Part shown: positions 36,420 to 48,941 of the stretch, one piece after another
How positions within the stretch are numbered: position 1 is the first letter of the stretch
Layout: each line of letters starts with the position of its first letter
Origin: Phoronis australis
Taxonomy: Eukaryota > Animalia > Phoronida
NCBI GenBank assembly: GCA_002633005.1
Contig: NMRA01000207.1
Coordinates: 333,470 to 397,469 of the forward strand
Direction of reading: 5' to 3'
DNA length: 64,000 bases
The notes under the pieces: model-generated
What the model was told of the DNA's origin: nothing
What the model saw: the letters and a program-made list of their open reading frames with translations, nothing else
Database searches by the model: none
Made by a program: the position numbers and the translations under genes

Positions 36420-38314
36420 GAGGAACAATTTGAGAACAATATTGTGATGGCATGTGATCTAAATCAAATGTTTCTTGTGATAGAAGGCAAGTTTATCGGC
36501 GCTTTAATAACGATAAAACAAACTGAATTATATCAAAAGAAATAGAATTAGCATAATTATGAAATATGTCAGATCTCAGAAAGGAACTCTTGATCAGCAA
36601 ACATGTTTCAATACTTTCAACTGAAGATCAACCTTCCAGAGGGCTTGTATATACAAAGCTAAAAATCAACTTTTTCGAAGATTGAGAGTTAAGATATACC
36701 TTGATTTCATGAATGACGCATTTGAATTGGCATAGGCAAACTTGAGTACTTAAATCAATGCGAACAGTCGCTAAGAAAGGTAAAAGACTAAGAAACAATT
36801 TACCTTGGATACACTACCAGGCAATAAGGTTATGCATGAACATAGGAAAATGTTCGTATCAAACTTTCAGACACAAGTGTTTTAGCGCTGCTCTCCAAAA
36901 CACCTTTAAGAATTATACTTATAACGCTCCACTCACAGAAGACGGGCTATCAAAAGTCGGACTTTAATTAAGTTTCTGGAAAAAATGAAAAGTTACGTAA
37001 AACGAAAATGAACTGTAACAGCACAGTGTTTTTGAGATTTCATCTTGAAATTTAATCAAAGAACATTTGGTCACGTTATTGTTACCGTTGATTTGTTATG
37101 AATGTACCTTCCTTTTTTACACAATTTTGCTGAAAAAACATGGTCACGACCACATTGATGGAAGATTGGTAAAAAGAAAAAAATCAAGCTCTGCAAGATT
37201 TCTCCATTTAGAAAATATATATTTACAAAGCTTAAATCTTTATTTTTTAGATACACTTGTCTAAATACATGGAATTGCTGACAAGCTCCACATAACCTTA
37301 CAAGAGCAATGCAGAGCATTGAAATGTGCCCACAAATGCACTGCAAACGGCGTGCTTCTAGGAGTGTTTATTTGTATCATAAGAATGGCCACTAGATGGT
37401 ACAAAATATGTCGAATCCATCCCAAAATGGTAGGATAGTGTGTCACTAGGGGGCACACTGGCAGTCGAAGGGTAGACATATAAATCCCAAGCAGTGTCAT
37501 CTCTGAACACCTGTCTAGTATTTTGCTTTGTGTTTTGTTTCTGTTCTTTGATGCCATGGACCACTGATTCCACATCACGAGGTCAGAGGTCGATTGGGGT
37601 TCATTCATGGGCTTGACGAGAACATTCACCAAGCAACATCAGCTTGACCTAATTAGTAGTACACGGCACTTTAGATATAAAACCTCAAATCTTGAATTGA
37701 CAAACCCTGTGATAAATTGTACATTGTGAATCTAGACTTATCCATTTCAAAATATGCCTCTACTGACTAGTATCTAAATGAAGGTAACTGACACTTAAAG
37801 AGGACTCGCGGTTTGAAAACTAGTTTTACCCTCTGAATAAAAGACATCAAACCCAGGTTGTCAAAATCTGCAACCCCTAAAAACAGGCAAATGAGCTTAA
37901 GTACGCATATATACAGACAAAAATATGACGTGTCATGAAGACTTGTGTGATCTCACCAAACATGCAAGAAACTAGCCGCATTAAATGCATTCCTTACAGG
38001 AATCTGTATTGTCCACATGCATCAACAGGTGTCCCCAACGCATGTAGGCTGCAGCATACAATAACTGTGTTTTGGATAGTGGAATGCCTCAGCAATGCTT
38101 AGTTTGACATAACAGGGCTGCAATTCATAAACGTAAAACACTTGCGAAAGTGCAAGATCATGCAAGTCTTCACGAGGTATTTGCAAGCAATTATAAGTAA
38201 AGCACATGGACGCAATTATATTGCTAGAGAGTTTCGTTGTGCCTACAAGAACAAACCTCTGGTGACAATTGTTTCAAAATGGCCACTGTACCGTGTCCGC
38301 TGGTGAACAACCAT

Positions 38315-41300
38315 TCACCAGCGTATGGTATATTCACGCTGTAGAGTTCGGCGCGGTGACACGGGTGACTCTTGTTTAGACATGGCTGCCGCATCCGTAA
38401 TGAATTCCTGTAGAAGGCGGTTGACCTCATCTGGCTGCTCCATCATGGTCATGTGACCTGCATTTTGAACCACATGCAGCTTACTGCCATAGATGGTCTG
38501 AGAGGAAATAAAAGTATTAAGTATTAGTGACGATGAAGATAATGTAAATCAAATAAAAGTATTCAGTATTAGTGACGATGAAGATAATGTAAATTAAATA
38601 AAAGTATTCAGTATTAGTGACGATGAAGATAATGTAAATCAAATAAAAGTATTCAGTATTAGTGATGATGAAGATAATGTAAATCAAATAAAAGTATTAA
38701 GTATTAGTGAGGATGAAGATAATGTAAATTAAATAAAAGTATTCAGTATTAGTGATGATGAAGATAATGTAAATCAAATAAAAGTATTCAGTATTAGTGA
38801 GGATGAAGATAATGTAAATCAAATAAAAGTATTCAGTATTAGTGATGATGAAGATAATGTAAATCAAATAAAAGTATTCAGTATTAGTGATGATGAAGAT
38901 AATGTAAATCAAATAAAAGTATTAAGTATTAGTGATGATGAAGATAATGTAAATCAAATAAAAGTATTCAGTATTAGTGAGGATGAAGATAATGTAAATC
39001 AAACAAAAATCCTAAAATCTAACAAATGATATTAATACACCGCAAAGTATGAAAAATTTGCAAAGTGCAATCAAATGTAACAAGTCTCAACACGTTGTGA
39101 TCTGTCATTCTGTATTTTCAGCAAATTCTTTGTGGTTCAGTCTTGTAAGTATTTTGAAAAATCAATATTTTCCATACTTTTACCATTAAATCCCCCCAAA
39201 AAAGCTTGTGTAATTAAAGAGATGGTTTAAAAGCAAAGACATTTTCCCAAATTTCATAAAGCTACGATGCTACTGGTCTTTACAACAGAGAGAACAAGAA
39301 GAATTACCAGCACTGTTACACTGTTTAATAACTACTGAGAACTCGTGAAAGCAACTCCCAGCTTAGAACAGTTGTTATCACATTCTTTACCAGCCTAGGA
39401 AACTATGAAACAGCAGGTCATCATTTGCAACCAGGCCAAATCCCATTCATGGAGTCCAGGTAACATTCGAAGGTTTCACTTCATGAAATGATACATACTA
39501 AGTGTGAGAACTGAGTTAAGGTCACTGTCTACCTTCGTTACCAAAGAGGCCTTAAATGAAAATCCCAGACACTGTTTCATACCTAATAGAACATAGAAAC
39601 AGTGGACGAATTTAAATTTATGGAAAATAGAACCATATCTGTGAAAAGATGCGATTTTTTTTAGAAAAAATGCAGTCACGTTATCACAAATGTCTGAACA
39701 TTGCTTTCATGTACACAATATTTTTCTGTGATACTCAATGCTTTTAAAAATTTATAGTTTTATGGGTTTACAATTAGTAGTTCTGAAGTTATTTAAAAAA
39801 ATCAAATCTTTAGTAGACAGTGACCGTAACTGACTTTGCAGGGTATTTTTAGAATTACGAGATACACCTGAGCTGTGTTTGTCTGTTTTGTCAAACTGAC
39901 TATAAATAAAGAGATTGATTGATTGAGCTGCCAACAGTAGCTTTCGCTATCCACGACAATAACAATGTCTGGCCAACTGAAATATCAAACACCTGTAATA
40001 GAACAATTTCTTGTCAATCATCAGGCAAGTCACACAATCGAAATTCTTGTTCACGAGTCTTTGTTGGCTTTCAAATTGGTACTGTCACACAAAATACCAC
40101 AGGGTCACATGACAGCCAGCCAGTCACATGACCTTATCACATGATCATACCTCTTTCATCACTATTTCTTCATCCAAGGACACCAACTGGTCCCCAGCAC
40201 CGTAGATGAGCAGTGTGGGTACAGAGAGTCCCTTGTGGTAATCTTCTCCGCCATCCGGCCAGTTCTGACCCATCATGATATGACGCAGTACATAAGATGG
40301 CACATCAAATGCTCTGTCTCGAGATTCAAACGATTCAGCGGCTCCATGAAATGCTTGCCTGAAATACGCACATGCATGGAATTGACGTAACATTGATTTA
40401 AAATAAAGCATCTGAAAGATTTGCTTGTAGTTTTGCACAACAGAGATATAAGTGTTATGACCAAAAATTTAAAAATGTGAATTTCTGAAAGCCTTGGGTG
40501 TCTATATGGAAAACACTTAGTCTTGTCCACTTTTCAAAAATGGAAAAATGCAAGAAAACATAGTTTTACTCATGAAGGCGAAGAGGCTTATCACATAATT
40601 TGGATGTTTTGACACAAAAATAAACAAGGACAAGTGGCTTGTGCCTTATTGTACACATACACGACTAGGCCCATGTGCCTTACTGTACACATACACGACT
40701 AGGCCCATGTGCCTTACTGTACATGTGCACAACTAGGCCCATGTGCCTTACAGTACACTGCACAACTAGGCCCATGTGCCTTACTGTACACGTGCACGAC
40801 TAGGCCCATGTGCCTTACTGTACACGTGCACGACTAGGCCCATGTGCCTTACTGTACACGTGCACGACTAGGCCCATGTGCCTTACTGTACACGTGCACA
40901 ACTAGGCTCATGTACCCGTATATAAAGCTACGCTAATATGTGAAAAGTGATTAAAACAAAACACATGTGAGTGAAGGCGAAGTTGTTGTTAAAAAAGTCA
41001 ATGCGTTCATTTACAGGGGCAATTAGCCCGTGAGTCATGTTAAAAAACAACTTTTGATTTAAGCCACACACTAAGGACCATTATATAATAAGCTTCATTT
41101 CCTTCCCTACTCAGAGGCTTCACAAGATCCTATAGGTAATAAATATTGCTTCACATCAGGGGCTATTTCAGGAACAGTCTGTTTGAAGTTTTACTTTCAA
41201 CTTTAGCCAAAAGTAAAAACTCTGACCACAAATTGCCAAAAGTTGTCTTGCAATTTTCGAAAGGTTTTGTCTTCTGTTTATTCGAGCAGACCTATGGATT

Positions 41301-44300
41301 GCTGTCTTTGAGTTTGAGTTGTAGACAGATTTTCTGCCTTTCAGACTCAGTCAGTTTTTCATGAAACGGGCTAAGTCGCCTGTACACTGATTTTAGTAAA
41401 AATTGAAAGACAAGACCCAATTAAATCTTCAAGAAACAGGCCCAAGACATATTCAACTGTCTGGAATCTTTAGCAGGATAATTTTAAGCACCAAAGCAGT
41501 CAGCAGTCATGGGAAGTCCAGGCAGTTTCTAATAACCAATGCCAATTCAAAGAATAAGAATGTGAAGTGTTGTTAAAGCAAATACAAAAACGCCAACAAA
41601 GATAGTGAATTTTTTTACCAGGAATTTAATGGGGGCTTTAAGGTTAGCTATAAATTCAAAAACAGAAAGGATGGTTAAAATGTTTTGAAAATGTGAATGT
41701 TGGAATTCCATGTGCAGAGAATGTGAATTAGACACCAATATCTGATGTCAATCACCACCAAGGTGTAACAAAGACTTACTTGTTGAACATGTGTTTGAGA
41801 ACCGGACGAGCACATGTAAGCACACAGACAGGCAAGGAGAAGAGCCCTGGGTTGGGGGCCAGGGGGATGGGCCCGCCGCCGTTGATAAGCACTAGTTTAG
41901 AGACGTAACGCTGACGTTTTCTAGCAATGACGGTAGCAAACGACGCACTAGGAAAAAAAAAGCAGAGCCTTCGTCAGTTACTAGGACCCTCGATCACTTG
42001 ATTTTGGGCTGAATATTGGCCCTGTTGCCCTCTGAGAAATGTTTAAACATCGCACAAAATTCAGCTCATGAGGCCCCAAAATTCCCTTAGTGATTAAAAA
42101 CTCCCGTTGAGGTTAGAACCACTTGTAACTCACATAGCCCATAAATGCTATTGACAGTGTTGGAGGTGGCTACTGACAGTGTTGGAGGTGGCTATTGACA
42201 GTGTTGGAGGTGGCTATTGACAGTGATGGAGATGGCTATTGACAGTGTTGGAGGTGGCTATTGACAGTGTTGGAGGTGGCTATTGACAGTGTTGGAGGTG
42301 GCTATTGACAGTGATGGTGGTGGTGGAGTTTTGTCCTCGCTCAAAACAATCCCTCTCAGAAGGTACAGGCACCATTCCCTCAAGCAATTGTTGATAATTC
42401 ATTCCAGTAACCTCGACAATTTTAAATGCTGTGATTTCAAAACCAATGGTCTCCCGCAGTATTCACCAGCTGGCGTTAATGAAAGATCCCTTGTTTTCAT
42501 GAATAAACAGAGAGCACAAAGAAGTTGTCAACTAGTTTGTGAATTTAGTCAAAAATGTTGAAACCTAGAGATTTAATTCAGTAAAAGTATTTATTTCTGA
42601 AAGTAGAAACCCTTGGAATTAGTTTTTTGACTTTTGGCCAATCTGCCATTAATTACACCATGTGACAATTCGTTTTTAAATTCAGCAAAAACAAACGTAC
42701 ATTCATAGCAATCAAATTTTGTTTAATATATGAAGATTCACGATGAAATCTCAAAAATGATGACATTATAATTTTCTAAATTAAAACTTCATTTGAAAGT
42801 ATCTAGTGAGTTTTTTCACGAAATTTTTGTTTTCTTTCAAAGCCCTTTGTATATCAGTGAAGCACTTTAAACAGTTCCAGATAGAGGTATCTGACAGTTT
42901 CATTCGAATCCCTTCAGCCATTTCTGAAATATGATGTTTTGAAATATAGTCAAGTTTGGAATTCTTCTCGAGGGATCGTTACTTCCAAGGGACCGTTATT
43001 TCCAAGGGATCGTATGTAATCACCTGAAAACGGGGATTCCTACTGGTATGACTGATTCTCTCTTCATTTGCAACATCTTGTCAATTTCAAGTGCAAGTTC
43101 GTCTAAGTACATCTTAAAGAATTGGGCGTTTATGTACAATTCGAAAATTTTTTTAAGGATCGCTACATTATCAATTCACCACGCAACTTTTAAACCATGA
43201 CCGCTACAAACTACATGTTAATATCAACCTATAAATAGATCTGAAACAGGTCTGTGGATCATTAATGGTTTATTGATCTGATGGCTATAACAGCACAACA
43301 TTCTACAATCACGCAAAACACTTGAGCAAAAAGCAAACTTCTCAAATGAATGTCAAAGAACATGCCAACAAAATTACCGGTCTCAAAGGAAAACTATAAG
43401 CCTACATGGATGCCAACAGGAGTACAATCGATGTCACACTCTTATCAATGATAAAGAGTGTGACCAGGAGAGACGTACGTTGCATCAGAGACACCAAATA
43501 GTTAGTACAGGGCACTCGATTTCCTAACTAAAAATTCACACAAATGTTAATTAATAAACAGTAATTTATAAGAAAAACCCACTTAGCAGTTGAAGTTATG
43601 AAGGCTCTTATCAACAAATCTGAACCTAATGCCGCACATCTCTGGACAAATTAACTCAGAAAATATAAAAAGTAGAAATCCTGCAATTCTTTGATTTTCA
43701 ACCAGTCAATTATTTGTTCATATGACCATGTTTTTAAGCAAAAAACAAATGAGCATCCATAACAAAGCAACGAAAACAATAACACAGCCAAACTTCAATT
43801 TTTGATATAAAAAAGTATAACACAGTTTTCTAAAATATTGCGTTTTCGTTTCACTTTTTGATTTTTTTCATGGTAGCCAGTCATGCAAAAGTGGAACATT
43901 GGCCTTTGAATCTGGAGAATAGTGCACAAAGCAGAAAGTTCGTATGAATCCATTCAACCATTTCTGACATTCTGAGATGCCATTGGCCGAATTTGGACAT
44001 TTTTCTAGAGTCTTACATAGCCGTTTAAATTCAAAGGTTAGAGAAATGGAGAATTCTACTCAGCCCAGCCCCAACGTTGTCACAGGCATGATATGTTCTA
44101 GCAAGAGATATCTCTGTCTCTTTCCCTGGAACATAAAATTCCCACAACCTGCGGACCAGGCTCATCACAATGCTTGCATGTTCCAGTAACCATCCGGTGG
44201 GAAATAAACTACTTCTTTTTGCATTTTTTGTTTCAACAGAAGTAAGTAAATACATGCTAGTATAGGCTTATAATGTAAATGCACGTGTCTATATTTAGAT

Positions 44301-47300
44301 CATTATATCTGTAACAACATCCCAGCGGAAACAACGGGTATTGCTTATTGACAACACGACACAACCATGGTCTGTATCCTTCCTCTGCAATGCAGTTAAT
44401 TTCACATAAAAAGATACTGCTAGAAAAAACAAACGTCATTTGATTAATGATGTTTCACATCTCATACTACATAAAAAAGGTTTTATTTCCGTATATTCAC
44501 AAGGATTAGATCAATAACAAGATAGTTTGCAGTTTACGAGAAGCTTGCACGTATTTTATGATCGCATTAATTGGGAAGAGTTTTAACGATCTTTAGATTC
44601 CACACAGTCACTCATGCTGTGCGAGAAATCCTACCAACAAATCAGGCATCTGATTTTATTGAAGGTAAATAATTCCTGCTTGTACCCCCTTGGAAATGAT
44701 GTCATTAGTTTTTCTATAAGAAACATGCTCAACCAATTCTTATCAGATGTTGAATACAGTGGTCACCCTCTACTAATTTAGCACATTCACCTCCAAATGA
44801 TTTACGAAATAAAAAATTTGTCTCTCACATATTCGTACATAGATACATGGCAGGAAGTTCTTTTCGAATCTAATTTGCACAAGTTAGGTCAGTTTTGCAG
44901 GCAAAGTCCTAACGTTAATCCTAGTAACACTCATTTCTAACTGTGACATTAATAAGGACTGCCCACTCTATAGTGCTGGCCACACACAGACTTTCCCTAG
45001 AAACAAATTACTCCTGGAACCAATTGTCACTAGGTTTGGAAGCTGTGTGGATGCTCTTTAAACTAGTGCAACTTACCTTACTTGTGACAACTTACTCTAC
45101 CTTATGGAGGTAGGGTAACTTGTTCTAAGCTAACTTGCGCCACTTCTAATCACTGTGTGGCCGCAAACCTGGGGCAGGCAGAAGTAAATATCTTGTACAA
45201 ACTGGTCTTCTTTTGTGTGTCTTATTTGTAAAGGTGTTCATTGTTATGCGCAGAGTGACAACCTCTGCATTACCATAGTTATCGGATACGTGTGTGGACG
45301 CTCCACTTAAAAGTGGGGCAAGTTACACTAGTGCAAGTTGTTCTAGGGTAGGCTGTGTGTGGTGTGTGTGGACTACTTTGTTCATTCATTCATATCGGAC
45401 ATCTCATGCTGCTGCAAACATAAGGTGAAACTGGTAACCACTTGATGAGTGTCCAATTAGGTAAACTAAATATAATTGGAAAAAGATAAATTAAAGCACT
45501 GGGGTAATTTCTGTTTTAAAACTGGATCACCTTGGCAACCCAATAGACAGCATTAAATTTGCATATGGACAATTGGCAATGATTGGCTACTCCGTTAACT
45601 TCGCATATTACCACCAACCAAACCATGATCCGGAGTAAGTTTATTTCACACACCCCAATTATCACAAAAATATAATTATCTTGTACGCATTAAGTGGAGA
45701 ATTACTGTAGTACCAACCATGACAAGGTCATAACCACATAATCAATGTACAGAACTTCTGCCACGAAGTAATGTTGCCAAAGGTTTGATTCTCATGTCAG
45801 CCGCAGCAGCCCATTTTTCTTCAAAATTGTATACAGCTTTATATATTTCCATTTTTGTTTAGCAAATATTACTGAAGCACCAAAAACAATCATTTGAAAT
45901 TCACACTTAAATTATTCGACACCTTTGTAGGAGAGGAATTTTAGTCGGGCAGGGGGAACATACCCTCACACTCGCTTCCAATTCGAGGGACTATGAGTTA
46001 CTGTAACTGATTCTAAACCTGAGGAGAATTGTTTAATTATTGGGCTTATTTTGTGTGATTTTAAATTTGTTTTGCAGAGAAGGGAGCCGAAAAACTGCCC
46101 CAAAACTGGGATATCGAGGGCCCTGAAAGAAAGGGTTAAAACTTAAAGACGTAGACCATCAAATTACCCACAAGGCAGCACAAAACTTAAATACGTCTGC
46201 AACTGAATCAACAGCAGTTCTAGCACTACCCACTTACATACTTTGTGAGCAAATTTACTTAGGGGTGAAATATAAAGCTAATGTGTCCGATGAAGTTACA
46301 ACATGTTAATCAGGCACTTGTGAAAATTGAACTCTACTTTTGTAGCATTGATATATAGCAAATACACATTCATTGAACAGAATGAGAAAATTGTGTGTAT
46401 AAGATTACTTGGAGTTTTGAATAGTTAGTCAGGCATAGCACAAAAAGTGCTTGCTTTTCTCTTTTAGTGAGGGACAAACACAGTACAGTTTTCCAGAAAA
46501 GTCGACAAATACATTTTCGTTTAAAAATTTCAGACCAGAACATTTCTGCAAATTTTCAATTAACACGGCGGAACTTTTTCACTTGGCTTCTTCCTTCTTT
46601 CATTTCAACATCTGGACGAAGACAACTTTTGACCAAATTCGACTTATTTGAAAATGACCCAGTTTTTCCTCGGGTTGAGTAATACTTACCCATACGAGTG
46701 TCCAACAATCACGTTTCTTTTCTTACAAAATTTATCAAACATATAAAGCATGTCTTCCACAATTTCACTGAAGTCATAATACTTGTCAATCTTCGGTGCG
46801 GAGCTAAAGCCATGACCGATCAAGTCCGGTGCAATGATTTCGTAGCCCAGCTCTCCAAAGTATTCAAACTGACTCAACCAAATATCCGATGATCCAGCAA
46901 CACCGTGAATAAAAAATAACACAGCAGCTTGATCACTACCACGAGATGGAGTCCCTGTCGAGTTGCTGATCGACTGTTTATCATTGTGTGCAGGAGTGTC
47001 TCTGGGGTCAACCGGTGCATCAGAAGATTTGGGATCATTCGGTGCACAAGTCGGGTTACCAGATTTTGACAATACTTTTGATTGTTTATCTGGGTTGTCC
47101 ACACCGGTTTTATCAAAATTGAGATTACCCCTTCTTAGATCTATTGATGAATCACCCTCGACGTCTAAAACAACATCTTTAGAGATACTTCTTTCGTCAG
47201 AATTTACCCCATGGCTATCTGTCACTAGAGTACTATCTACAGCTGATTGTGTCTCAGATAATTGCACTCCGTCTGTTTTCTTGTACGAGCTCTCCTCACT

Positions 47301-47915
47301 CTGTTTGGCATCATCGGTATTGTCCAGTACACTCTGGTGTGACACTGGCAAAGTTCCGGGTAGCGATCCAGTTGACGTAGACTCTGCGACAACACGCACT
47401 GGAGACGAAGATTCAGTTAGTTTCGTGTCACTTGAAGCCCGGTTTCTTTCATTAGAGCAACTAGCAAGATTGGCTCTATTACAGCTATTTTCATTAGCAG
47501 TGCTGTTTGATTTGACATCTCTCACAATCTTTCCAGCACACAGATCATCTCTACTAGTATTGCCCCTGCCACTCATGGACTGCAACATAAGCTGTTGAAA
47601 TTGACTATCTCTACTTTTGGGGTTGATGTGGACAATCCTGAGTTTCCTCTGTTTATCAATACGGAGAAACTCGGAATGAGGCAAAGCCTCAGGATGTGGA
47701 ATAACCTTTCGATTCCGACGGCCAGAGCTTGAAGTCCTCCTTGAATTATCGTGGTGATCTCTGTCAGTATTGCAAAATGTGCGATTCCCCGACAAGTGAC
47801 TTTGAGTCAGCTCGTTACTACAAACATTGGCTTTGTGCGAGACACCGTTGCTCCTCTTGGGCGAAGTTGGTGTACAACAGGGGATTCCTGAAGATTCCTC
47901 ACTCATATTGCACAT
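38315..47915 (-). CDS. ABHD8: Alpha/beta hydrolase domain-containing protein 8 (ABHD8) orthologue, 4 coding exons
   Basis: Exons 47915-46690 (acceptor at 47929; start Met uncertain), 41947-41780, 40358-40151, 38497-38315 join in frame at GT-AG sites. Motifs LFFIHGVAGS, GYEIIAPDLIGHGFSSAP, KKRNVIVGHSYG (nucleophile Ser), LINGGGP, MMGQNWPDG, GAGD, AGHMTMMEQP match remembered ABHD8 sequence; adjacency to MRPL34 as in human. Confidence 0.9.
38506..39000. repeat. Minisatellite, 11 x 45 bp, abutting the last ABHD8 splice acceptor
   Basis: Unit AAATAAAAGTATTCAGTATTAGTGATGATGAAGATAATGTAAATC, exact 45-bp period. Confidence 0.95.
39871..39926 (+). mobile_element. 3' tail of a non-LTR retroelement (same family as 49633-50035)
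   Basis: TTTTGTCAAACTGACTATAAATAAAGAGATTGATTGATTGA matches the reverse complement of 49633-49690. Confidence 0.6.
40640..40913. repeat. Minisatellite, ~8 x 34 bp
   Basis: Unit CTGTACACGTGCACGACTAGGCCCATGTGCCTTA. Confidence 0.9.
41158..41372. mobile_element. Short degenerate TIR element
   Basis: GGGGCTATTTCAGGAACAGTCTG versus CAGTTTTTCATGAAACGGGCT are imperfect inverted ends. Confidence 0.4.
42147..42323. repeat. Minisatellite, ~8 x 22 bp
   Basis: Unit CTATTGACAGTGTTGGAGGTGG. Confidence 0.9.
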
Positions 47916-48608
47916 GAGAGCATCCACTCCTATAAACAATAAAAGAAAGAGTGTTTCACATCACACAATCAGTATTTTGAGTCACTTGATATAAGCGAAA
48001 GAGAACCCTTACTGAGATATGGGTGTGTAATGTTGAATGTAAGAAATAATTAAACTGAACAATTGAATTAGAGTGACTGTGAACCTATAGCACCTTCCGA
48101 ACAAAATAACTTAAGATTTCAGACCCTTAAGGCTCGCAAAGTTGGCGTGTCATGCACCAAGCATGGTGTAAAATCATTCCTCAGCTCAGCACTTGTTAGG
48201 AACAAGTTGAGACCAATGACAGGTACAGTACAGTGACTTCAAATAAAAACCTTCCATTTCATGTCTTGTTGGTTATCTTCCTCTGTTTTTCATTCCCCTG
48301 ATTAAGATTTGCATCATTTTCAAATACTGTATGTCATTCCACTCTTAGGTAATAATTTCTCGATTGTTTTCATCCACCCCTATAGAAACCCAACTCATTT
48401 TGTCTTAGGCTAACCACTTTTCACAACAGAGAATAGGTGATTGCAACAATCAGTAATGTCATGTCTGACACTATAAACACAAAGAATGTATCACTTAGTC
48501 AAGGGTTAAATCTTCAATCAGATTTTGAACAGTAATATCAACGTCGTATCGAGTGTAAGCGATCAAACAAACAAATGAATATTCGTTCTTCCCTGGAATA
48601 ATACTTAC

Positions 48609-48941
48609 ACACAATTCTTTATGGCATCGCGGAAGACAACTATTATTGCCATGGATCACATAAACATAATTTGAGGCGTGGGCCACTCAACTATGTTCTT
48701 AATAAAAACACAGCCGCATAAAAAATAGTCCATCATTTTTGACCGCTTAATTGCATTTTTTAAAGATTTCGCCTCCAAATGTTGATTTAAAGTTGGTAGC
48801 TAGTAATATTTAATAAGAAAAAGATAATTTTTGAATAGCGATATTGCTAAAAATTAAAACATGAAAGCAATGCGCAGTAATCAAAGTTAAGGTATTATTT
48901 TGTATCTCTTTGTTTGGAGAGTTCTTGCTGCGTGTGGCAAG
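48609..48941. promoter_or_regulatory. Probable bidirectional promoter region for ABHD8/MRPL34
   Basis: Minus-strand donor GTAAGT at 48608-48603 suggests a 5' UTR exon of ABHD8 ending at 48609; the MRPL34 ATG is at 48942 on the plus strand. Confidence 0.5.

Noticed and set aside
38697-38912. Repetitive hydrophobic ORF (YIIFIITNTEYF)n
   Set aside because: Translation of the 45-bp intronic minisatellite
46963-47598. 211-aa plus-strand ORF
   Set aside because: Antisense shadow of the large ABHD8 exon
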